The notes beneath the pieces are model-generated. The model saw only the letters and a list, made by a program, of their open reading frames with translations, was not told the origin of the DNA and did no database searches. Both the position numbers and the translations under genes were made by a program. A stretch of 50,859 bases of DNA from a bacterium (lineage in GTDB: Bacteria; UBA10199; 2-02-FULL-44-16; DYJF01), in assembly GCA_041739675.1 (NCBI GenBank), contig JBGSNL010000077.1:1-50859 (forward strand), read 5' to 3'. This document shows, in pieces, positions 1 through 7,436 of this stretch. Position 1 is the stretch's first letter; each line of letters begins with the position of its first letter.

Positions 1-325
1 CAAGATCGTCATAAAAAAGGATGTCGAGATCGATCGTGCGCGCGGACCATTTCCGGCGATTTTTCTCGCGCCCCAGGCTCGCTTCAATTTTCTGGAGCTC
101 ACGGAGAAGTTCGCGCGGCGCAAGGCTGGTTAAAAGTTTGACCGCACCGTTTATATAACGCGGTCCGGCCTCACCACTCACCGTCACCGCCTCGGTTTCG
201 CGCCACTTCGATATTGCTTCAACGCTTATGTCCTTATGGGTGCTCAGCGCCTCGATGGCTTTATTGCAGTTGTCTTGTCTGTCGCCGAGATTCGATCCGA
301 TTCCGATGTAAGAGACGTGATCCAT
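1..325 (-). CDS. folK: 2-amino-4-hydroxy-6-hydroxymethyldihydropteridine diphosphokinase (3' end runs off window)
   Basis: Not in the ORF track. Manual translation from ATG 325 gives MDHVSYIGIGSNLGD...YINGAV...LQKIEASLGR...WSARTIDLDILFYDD, the HPPK signature motifs. The start overlaps the dapL stop (TAATG). Confidence 0.93.
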   Translation of the reverse strand, partial: MDHVSYIGIGSNLGDRQDNCNKAIEALSTHKDISVEAISKWRETEAVTVSGEAGPRYINGAVKLLTSLAPRELLRELQKIEASLGREKNRRKWSARTIDLDILFYDDL

Positions 326-1479
326 TACAGTTTTGCCATTCTCGTCGCGGCCTCTTCAAGCCTTTCCGTGGGAACCGTGAGAGAAAAGCGCACGAACCCT
401 TCGCCGTATTGGCCGAACCCAACGCCCGGTGTGGCAGCCACCGCGGAGCGTTCCAGAAGCCTTTTGCAGAATTCGATCGATTTCATTTTCGAAGGGATCT
501 CCGCCCAGATGTAAAACGACGCGTCCGAATGGAAGACGCGAAAACCCATACGTTCGAGATTTTTTGAAAATGACTGCCGCCTCGACGCATAAATCGAGCA
601 GATTCCGTCGATGTGATCCGAAAGATTTTCCATCGCGTAGATCATCGCGTTCTGGATGGCGGTGAACGTCCCCGAATCCATGTTCTCCTTGAAGTGACCC
701 AGGGCCCTCACAACTTCCGCGTTACCGGCCGCAAACCCTATCCTCCAGCCACAGACGCAAAACGTCTTGGAAAACGAATGGAACTCGACAGCAACGTCTT
801 TGGCGCCGGGGATGGACAGGATGGATAGCGGTTTTTCCGCCTGAGAATGAATCTCGATGTATGCGGCGTCGTGGCAGACAAGAAAATCGTACTGCCTTGC
901 AAGCTCTATCGCCTTTTCAAAACACGCGCGCGTCGCCACTGCGGAAGTTGGATTGTTGGGATAATTGAGAAAAAGTATTTTGGTTTTTTTGAGAACGCTT
1001 TTCGGAATGTCTTCAAAGATGGGGACAAAATTCGTCTCCCTTGTCACCGGCATGAGATGCGGCGTGCCCCCTGCCAGGATCGTCGCCTGTCCGTACATGG
1101 GATATCCCGGCGACGGCACCAGGACGACATCGCCACAGCCCACGAGCGCCATCGTCATATGGCCCAACCCCTCCTTGGTGCCTATGAGTGCAAGCATTTC
1201 CCGCTCGGGATCGATCTTCGCCCCATGACGCTTCGAAAGCCAATGCGCCGCGGCCTTTCGAAACTCGATGGAGCCCGAATATGAGGGGTAGCGATGCACG
1301 TTCTTGTCATCCAGCGCGCTTTTCAAGGCATCGACAAGGGCGCGCGGAGGGGGAAGATCGGGGTCCCCGATCGAAAGGTCAATCACGTCCTTGCCCAGTG
1401 CGCGCACCGCCTGCTTTTGCCTGTCCAGATCTGCGAAGAGATAAGGTGGAAGTTTGGCTAACCGCTCTGATGGTTTCAT
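325..1479 (-). CDS. dapL: LL-diaminopimelate aminotransferase (class I/II PLP enzyme)
   Basis: LPPYLFA, IDLSIGDPD, NYPNNPT, HDAAY and SFSKT motifs; lies in the dap operon. Start moved to MKPSERL (1479), just after the dapB stop. Confidence 0.85.
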   Translation of the reverse strand: MKPSERLAKLPPYLFADLDRQKQAVRALGKDVIDLSIGDPDLPPPRALVDALKSALDDKNVHRYPSYSGSIEFRKAAAHWLSKRHGAKIDPEREMLALIGTKEGLGHMTMALVGCGDVVLVPSPGYPMYGQATILAGGTPHLMPVTRETNFVPIFEDIPKSVLKKTKILFLNYPNNPTSAVATRACFEKAIELARQYDFLVCHDAAYIEIHSQAEKPLSILSIPGAKDVAVEFHSFSKTFCVCGWRIGFAAGNAEVVRALGHFKENMDSGTFTAIQNAMIYAMENLSDHIDGICSIYASRRQSFSKNLERMGFRVFHSDASFYIWAEIPSKMKSIEFCKRLLERSAVAATPGVGFGQYGEGFVRFSLTVPTERLEEAATRMAKL

Positions 1480-1486
1480 TTTTCCC

Positions 1487-2233
1487 TCACAAGTCCAAGA
1501 CGTCCGCCATGCCGTAGAGCCCCGGCGGTTTTCCAACGACCCATCTCGCCGCGGCTAGCGCTCCTTGCGCGAATATTTCGCGGTTGAATGCGTGATGGGT
1601 GATCTCTATCGATTCGCCCCCGCTTGTGAAATGGATCGTGTGATCGCCCACGACATCGCCCTTCCTGAACGAACAGACGCTCACCGGATGCTCAGGCGTC
1701 GGTTCGGCGCATTTTTCCTCGTAGAAAAAAACGTCGCGGTCCATCTTCCATCCGCTCTGCGCCAGAATTATATCAAGAATCTTTTTCGCTGTTCCGCTGG
1801 GGCGGTCGAGTTTTTTTGTATGATGGGTCTCAACAATATCCACTTTGAAACGCGGAGAAAGAACCCTTGAAGCGAGCTCGGCGAGCTTCCACATCACATT
1901 GACGCCTATGCTCATGTTGGCCGAATACACAATGGGTATGCCGGTGGAGGCCTTCCTCACCAGATTTTCTTCATCCTGCGAGAGACCTGTGGTCCCTATC
2001 ACCATAGGTTTGCCGTGATGCACCGCGATCTCAACGTTGCGCACGGCCGCATCGTGGACGGTGAAGTCTATCACCACATCACCCTTTTCGACTACCGATT
2101 CGAGGGGCATGTCCTTTTCAGACTCGCCCGCGAGGTTCAAATCGTCCGCCTCCTTCACGAGGCGCGCGATGATTTGACCCATGCGTCCGCGGCTTCCGGC
2201 AACGATGACTGAAAACTTGTTTTTCGGATTCAT
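1487..2233 (-). CDS. dapB: 4-hydroxy-tetrahydrodipicolinate reductase
   Basis: GSRGRMG, VIDFT, VIGTTG, SANMSIGVN, ETHHTKKLDRPSGTA and FAQGAL motifs. Confidence 0.96.
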   Translation of the reverse strand: MNPKNKFSVIVAGSRGRMGQIIARLVKEADDLNLAGESEKDMPLESVVEKGDVVIDFTVHDAAVRNVEIAVHHGKPMVIGTTGLSQDEENLVRKASTGIPIVYSANMSIGVNVMWKLAELASRVLSPRFKVDIVETHHTKKLDRPSGTAKKILDIILAQSGWKMDRDVFFYEEKCAEPTPEHPVSVCSFRKGDVVGDHTIHFTSGGESIEITHHAFNREIFAQGALAAARWVVGKPPGLYGMADVLDL

Positions 2234-3108
2234 GGCAGAAGCTTATATTGCTTGAGTACGGCGCGCAACTCCTCTTTGTGGTCAACAGACATCGGCGTCA
2301 TGGGGAGCCTGAATTCCTCGCGGCATCTTTCCATGAGGGCCAAAGCGGTCTTGGCGGGTATGGGATTGGTCTCGATGAACATCGCCCTGTTCAGGGCGGC
2401 AAGCTCGTCATGGAGTTTTTTCGCCCCGTCCACGTTGCCGGAGGCGAACTTGTCCCAGATATCAGCGACCTTTGAAGGCACCACATTTGAAGTGACCGAT
2501 ACGCATCCCTTTCCACCGGCCTGATACACTTCGCAATTCAGAGCATCATCGCCCGAATATACGCAAAAATCGGATGGCGCATCGGAGATGATTTTTTTTA
2601 TCTGCTCCATGTCGCCCGACGCCTCCTTGATGCCGACTATCGTGTCGATAGAGGCAAGGCGCGAAACCGTTTCGGGCAACATATTGACCGAAGTTCTTCC
2701 AGGCACATTGTAGAGGATCATGGGGAGATCGCAAACCGCGGCTATCGCCTTGAAATGCTGATAGAGCCCCTCTTGAGTCGGCTTGTTGTAATAGGGTGTG
2801 ACCTGAAGTTGCCCTTCCGCGCCGGCGGCCTTCGCCTGCTTTGCGAGTTTGATTGCGGTTGCCGTTGAATTTGAGCCCGAACCTGCCACTACCTGCGCAC
2901 GGCCCGCCGCCTGTTCGACGACGATTCTAATGATGCGGTCATGCTCTTCGTATGTGATTGTGGCCGACTCGCCCGTAGTGCCGCACGGAACGATGGCGTC
3001 CACTCCGCTCTTGATCTGCCAGTCGACTATGGCCCGAAGCGAGGCTTCATCCACCTGGCCGTCACGGAATGGGGTGACGACAGCCGTTGCAACGCCTTTG
3101 AAGCTCAT
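2230..3108 (-). CDS. dapA: 4-hydroxy-tetrahydrodipicolinate synthase
   Basis: TAVVTPF, GTTGES, TPYYNKP, LYNVPGRT, GIKEASG and ETNPIP motifs. Start at MSFKG (3108) makes an ATGA overlap with the dapF stop. Confidence 0.97.
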   Translation of the reverse strand: MSFKGVATAVVTPFRDGQVDEASLRAIVDWQIKSGVDAIVPCGTTGESATITYEEHDRIIRIVVEQAAGRAQVVAGSGSNSTATAIKLAKQAKAAGAEGQLQVTPYYNKPTQEGLYQHFKAIAAVCDLPMILYNVPGRTSVNMLPETVSRLASIDTIVGIKEASGDMEQIKKIISDAPSDFCVYSGDDALNCEVYQAGGKGCVSVTSNVVPSKVADIWDKFASGNVDGAKKLHDELAALNRAMFIETNPIPAKTALALMERCREEFRLPMTPMSVDHKEELRAVLKQYKLLP

Positions 3109-3944
3109 ATCGCAATTAATCCCTTGAACACCGTTTCCGCAGGGCCCTTCAAATATATGTGATTGTCCTTGCGGCTCCACTCCACCTCAAGTTTGCCGCC
3201 CGGCTGGATAATCGTAACCTTTCGCTCTGCAAATCCGTTCAAAACGCCCGCGACCGTGGCGGCGCACGCCGCAGTTCCGCAGCTTCTCGTCTCTCCGGCC
3301 CCTCTCTCCCAGATACGCATCGAGAGTTCGTTCTTGGAGACAACGTTCACAAAGCTCACGTTGATGCGTCTCGGGAAGAGATGATAATTTTCAAGCAGCG
3401 GCCCGAATCTCTTGACGTCGAAATTAGCGACATCCTCGTGGAAGACCACACAGTGAGGGTTCCCTATCGAAACACACGTAATGCGGAAATCTTTCGATTC
3501 TATCTTCAGGGGCCTGTTGATGATGCGGCCGGAAAGATTCACGGGAATATCTTTCCCTTTCATCTGCGGTTCGCCCATATCCGCCTCGACCGCATTGCCG
3601 ATGAAACGCGCACCGCGGATTCCGGCCGGGGTTTCGATTTTGAGCTCCTTTTTGACCGAGAGCTTCGCATCCTTTATATAACGCGCCAGACATCTGATTC
3701 CGTTTCCGCACATCTCCGCCTCGCTGCCGTCGTTGTTGAAGATGCGCATCCCGAAATCGGCCTTTCTCGATTTTGTGAGCAGAACCAATTGGTCGCCGCC
3801 TATCCCGGTGTGCCGGTTCAAAAGTTTTCTGGCAATGTGCGTGGGATTCGCAAAGATGTTCTTGGTGCAATCGAAGAGAACGACGTCGTTTCCGAGGCCG
3901 TGCATCTTTACAAAAGGACGCTCTTTATGTTTTGCTTGCGCCAT
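3105..3944 (-). CDS. dapF: Diaminopimelate epimerase
   Basis: KMHGLGND, GIGGDQ, EAEMCGNG, GNPH and WERGAGET.SCGTA motifs. Start MAQAK at 3944 follows GGAGGA. Confidence 0.96.
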   Translation of the reverse strand: MAQAKHKERPFVKMHGLGNDVVLFDCTKNIFANPTHIARKLLNRHTGIGGDQLVLLTKSRKADFGMRIFNNDGSEAEMCGNGIRCLARYIKDAKLSVKKELKIETPAGIRGARFIGNAVEADMGEPQMKGKDIPVNLSGRIINRPLKIESKDFRITCVSIGNPHCVVFHEDVANFDVKRFGPLLENYHLFPRRINVSFVNVVSKNELSMRIWERGAGETRSCGTAACAATVAGVLNGFAERKVTIIQPGGKLEVEWSRKDNHIYLKGPAETVFKGLIAI

Positions 3945-3952
3945 GGGTTCCT

Positions 3953-3996
3953 CCCGCCCGCCACGCAAGCCTCGCTTGCGAGGCGAGGCGGGCGGG
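3953..3996. repeat. GC-rich nested palindrome (REP-like) in the dapF leader
   Basis: Outer arms CCCGCCCGCC (3953-3962) and GGCGGGCGGG (3987-3996); inner hairpin CGCAAGC-ctc-GCTTGCG. Confidence 0.75.
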
Positions 3997-4040
3997 CCAA
4001 AGTGTTGTAACCTCCTGAAATATAAAGACAAATTCGCTGA

Positions 4041-4069
4041 AGTCTATCAGCAGAGGGCTAAAATGTCAA
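4041..4069 (-). promoter_or_regulatory. Sigma70-type promoter of the dap operon
   Basis: Minus strand TTGACA-17 nt-TAGACT, with TGn extended -10. Confidence 0.75.
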
Positions 4070-4086
4070 GGAAATCAGGCTTTTTA

Positions 4087-4114
4087 TTGACTTCCGAGCC
4101 CTTTTTCGTATAAT
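4087..4114 (+). promoter_or_regulatory. Sigma70-type promoter of rho
   Basis: TTGACT-16 nt-TATAAT, back to back with the dap promoter. Confidence 0.75.
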
Positions 4115-4223
4115 ACATGAGCTTTCCAAGGAAAACTCTTTATAAATCCTCAAAGAAATCATCGCGTGAAAAAAACGTGTTAAAAATCATCATTAAATCC
4201 CCCCGTAACCGCCAGGAGTTTCT

Positions 4224-5471
4224 ATGCATTTAAACGACCTCAAGGCCAAGAAGATCTCTGAGCTGATCGAGATGGCCAACGCCATGACAATCGAGAACGC
4301 CGCTTCGATGCGAAGACAGGAGCTCATCTTCGCGCTGCTTCAGGCGCAGACCGAAAAAAACGGCATGATCTTCGGCGAGGGGGTTTTGGAAACGCTCCCC
4401 GACGGTTTTGGATTTTTGCGTTCTCCAGATTACAGTTATCTTCCCGGACCCGATGATATTTACGTCTCACCTTCGCAGATACGCAGGTTCAATCTCCATA
4501 CCGGCGATACGGTTTCGGGGCAGATCAGGCCGCCCAAGGAAGGTGAGAGATATTTCGCGCTACTCAAAGTCGAGAACGTGAACTTCGAAGGGCCGGAAGC
4601 GATCCGCGACAAGATCCTCTTTGATAATTTAACGCCCCTTTATCCGAACAAGAGATTACAACTTGAGTTCGATCCTAAAAATTATTCGACGCGCATCATG
4701 GATCTTTTCACGCCGATCGGCAAAGGACAGCGCTCGCTCATCGTTTCACCGCCCCGTGCCGGCAAGACCGTGATGCTCCAGAATATCGCGAATGCGATCA
4801 CCGCCAATCATCCGGAATGCGTGATGATCGTCCTTCTGATCGACGAACGCCCCGAAGAAGTCACCGACATGCAGCGCTCCGTCAAGGCGGAAGTCGTCTC
4901 ATCCACCTTTGACGAGCCGGCCCAGCGCCACGTTCAGGTTGCAGAGATGGTGATTGAGAAATCGAAGCGTTTGGTAGAGCATAAAAAAGACGTCGTCATT
5001 CTTCTCGATTCCATCACGCGCCTTGCGCGCGCATATAACGCAGTTGTCCCGCCATCAGGGAAGATTCTCTCCGGCGGCGTGGATTCAAACGCGCTCCATA
5101 AACCAAAACGCTTCTTCGGCGCCGCAAGAAACATCGAAGAGGGCGGCTCGCTCACGATCATCGGCACAGCACTCATCGACACCGGCAGCCGCATGGACGA
5201 AGTGATCTTTGAAGAGTTCAAAGGCACGGGCAACATGGAAATTCATCTCGACCGCAAACTGATGGAAAAACGCATCTTCCCCTGCATGGACATCAACAAG
5301 AGCGGAACCAGAAAAGAAGAGCTCCTCATGACGGAAGAGGAGATGAGCAAAACGTGGATATTAAGAAAGATGCTCCAGCCTTTGAATCAGATTGATGCGA
5401 TGGAGTTCATGCTGGACAAGATAGGCGACACCAAGACCAACAAAGAGTTCCTGATGAGTATGAATCAGTAG
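4224..5471 (+). CDS. rho: Transcription termination factor Rho
   Basis: [48 protein letters not shown] and FKGTGNME motifs; AGGAG RBS. Confidence 0.99.
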   Translation: MHLNDLKAKKISELIEMANAMTIENAASMRRQELIFALLQAQTEKNGMIFGEGVLETLPDGFGFLRSPDYSYLPGPDDIYVSPSQIRRFNLHTGDTVSGQIRPPKEGERYFALLKVENVNFEGPEAIRDKILFDNLTPLYPNKRLQLEFDPKNYSTRIMDLFTPIGKGQRSLIVSPPRAGKTVMLQNIANAITANHPECVMIVLLIDERPEEVTDMQRSVKAEVVSSTFDEPAQRHVQVAEMVIEKSKRLVEHKKDVVILLDSITRLARAYNAVVPPSGKILSGGVDSNALHKPKRFFGAARNIEEGGSLTIIGTALIDTGSRMDEVIFEEFKGTGNMEIHLDRKLMEKRIFPCMDINKSGTRKEELLMTEEEMSKTWILRKMLQPLNQIDAMEFMLDKIGDTKTNKEFLMSMNQ

Positions 5472-5473
5472 GT

Positions 5474-5743
5474 CTACTTTGGATCCTTCTCCGTATCGGG
5501 CGCTTCAGCTTCGCCTTCCTGCTGCGGCGCTTGTTCCTGTTGCTCCGCGGCTTTTTTCCCTTCCTCATTCTCTTTAAGCGTGGCCTCTGCGGCCTTTTTT
5601 GCAGCGAATTCGGTGTACTCCGAATCGGAGGTGTCCGTGCCGCTGCCGGTCTGCTCCTCCATGGCGCCCTTCTGGCAGGCCGATAATATCAAGACCAGAA
5701 CAAGCACGGTGACAAAGATAAATATTTTTTTAAGCGGCATCAT
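5474..5743 (-). CDS. Small acidic lipoprotein of unknown function
   Basis: KK + hydrophobic stretch + ILSA-C lipobox; E/Q/A-rich, probably disordered body; GGAGG RBS. Confidence 0.7.
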   Translation of the reverse strand: MMPLKKIFIFVTVLVLVLILSACQKGAMEEQTGSGTDTSDSEYTEFAAKKAAEATLKENEEGKKAAEQQEQAPQQEGEAEAPDTEKDPK

Positions 5744-5760
5744 AAAACCTCCGCTTTGGT

Positions 5761-7401
5761 TTATAATACGTCGCCGTTTTTCCGGTTGAGCTTTATCAAA
5801 AAGATATCAAAGCCGCCGCTTCCCGCGTGCCCAGCAACCAAAGTGCCGTTTGTATGTCCCGCCACGTACAGGTTCCAGAATTTATCAAAGGCAAGACTCG
5901 TAGCGTAATCATCTTCATCCGAAACAAACGTTTTATCCCAGATGAGACGGCTGTCGTCGCCCGCCAGCCTGAACACATACGCGTCTGGATATGTGCGTGT
6001 ACTTGTTCCGGACGCAGGCCGAAGATAACCTGCTCCATAGACATCCCCAACTTCATCGACATCAACCGCAGAGCAGTCATCGCCCTTGTCGTTACCCAGC
6101 TGCTTCACCCACCCTTTTTCAAGTCTCGATGAATCGGAGCTGTTCGTTTTATATTGGGCAACAAATATATCCATATCTCCATGATTGGTCCCGCCGCTTT
6201 CGGTTCCCAAATATCCATTGGTCCTTCCAGCCACGTACACATTCACTTTGCCGTCCGGTCTGCCAAAGACAGCCACACCGTTCGCACGCTCATTGGTGGA
6301 TCTTATCCGTTGCCTGTCCTGATAAAGAAGCCTGCCGGACTTCTCGTATTTGACCAGAAAATAGTCGCTATCGCCTCCCGATGGAAATGAAAGATAACCT
6401 GCGATGTATATGTTGCCGTCATTGTCCAAAGCCACAGAATTGGCATACTCATCTACGTCGGGATTTGAGTCCCTGTAATACCAGAATGGATTTCTCTCCA
6501 GATTGGAGAGCCGGTATTTCGTAACAAACGCGTCAACATTTTCAAACACATAGCCGCCCGCCTCATTTGAATAACCGACGACGTAGACAAAACCGTTGTC
6601 ATCATCGATAGCCAGCGCCCTTGCGCGATATTCTTTTGAGCTTGATTCGGTTATTTCAACTTGCGTCTTGGTACCCGTGACGAGATATTTTAGCAAATAC
6701 GTGTGTCCGCGATCGCCGGGTCCGCCGTGAATATCCATAAGCAAATAAATATTTCCGTCTCTGTCCGCGGCAATATCGTTGAATTGGGAGGGCAGAGCAG
6801 TGTCTTCGTACTCTCTGTCCGTTAAAAGAACACCGCTCTGAGAAAAAGTGAGCCAATTGGGATAATAATCCGTATCCGATCTGCTTCTGGCCGCCCTTCC
6901 AACAACGTGAACATTGCCCGATGGATCAGAGGCCACCTTATTGGCCCGGTCCGCATAGTCGCCGCCGAGCTGCTTTATTCCCCAATAGACGGGGCAGCCG
7001 TTCGCACCAACCTCCATACCCGCCGGCGTCTCGGGACATAAATCTGCCGAATCTCCGACTCCGTCCGCATCAGTGTCGGGACCGCTGGGTGGAGTTATCG
7101 GCATTGGGCTCATGACATGCCCGTAAGAGGGATGAAATTCATGTAATGGAGTGGTTTCTGTTTCTGTTTCCGTGACAGAAGCATCGGGCGGCAACGTCTC
7201 AACCGGGCAACCGTGAAGATCGACGACCGTGCCCGCCGGCGTGTTTACGCATATATCATTGGAATCCAAAACACCGTCGCCATCGGAATCTTCCACATTT
7301 GTATTTAACTTGATCTGTTCCGGTTCCTTGTTCGCCCCCGTGCAGGCCGCATAAGAGCCCGCGATAAATCCCAACAACAATATGTAAAAAATCCTCTTCA
7401 T
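5761..7401 (-). CDS. Lipoprotein with two thrombospondin-type-3-like Ca-binding repeats and an SBBP-like beta-propeller
   Basis: SYAA-C lipobox; DSDGDGVLDSNDIC..TP.G..V...GCP twice; repeated A..VA.D..GN.YVAG.T blades with D.F..KY. Confidence 0.8.
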   Translation of the reverse strand: MKRIFYILLLGFIAGSYAACTGANKEPEQIKLNTNVEDSDGDGVLDSNDICVNTPAGTVVDLHGCPVETLPPDASVTETETETTPLHEFHPSYGHVMSPMPITPPSGPDTDADGVGDSADLCPETPAGMEVGANGCPVYWGIKQLGGDYADRANKVASDPSGNVHVVGRAARSRSDTDYYPNWLTFSQSGVLLTDREYEDTALPSQFNDIAADRDGNIYLLMDIHGGPGDRGHTYLLKYLVTGTKTQVEITESSSKEYRARALAIDDDNGFVYVVGYSNEAGGYVFENVDAFVTKYRLSNLERNPFWYYRDSNPDVDEYANSVALDNDGNIYIAGYLSFPSGGDSDYFLVKYEKSGRLLYQDRQRIRSTNERANGVAVFGRPDGKVNVYVAGRTNGYLGTESGGTNHGDMDIFVAQYKTNSSDSSRLEKGWVKQLGNDKGDDCSAVDVDEVGDVYGAGYLRPASGTSTRTYPDAYVFRLAGDDSRLIWDKTFVSDEDDYATSLAFDKFWNLYVAGHTNGTLVAGHAGSGGFDIFLIKLNRKNGDVL

Positions 7402-7436
7402 AAAATCAACCCTGCCGTCTTCCCATCACCTCTCCC

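Noticed and set aside
3159..4010. 283-aa plus-strand ORF
   Set aside because: Antisense shadow of dapF, with no motifs or RBS.
3945..4040. Lysine riboswitch ahead of the dap operon
   Set aside because: The leader is only about 90 nt, too short for the L-box aptamer, and has no terminator.
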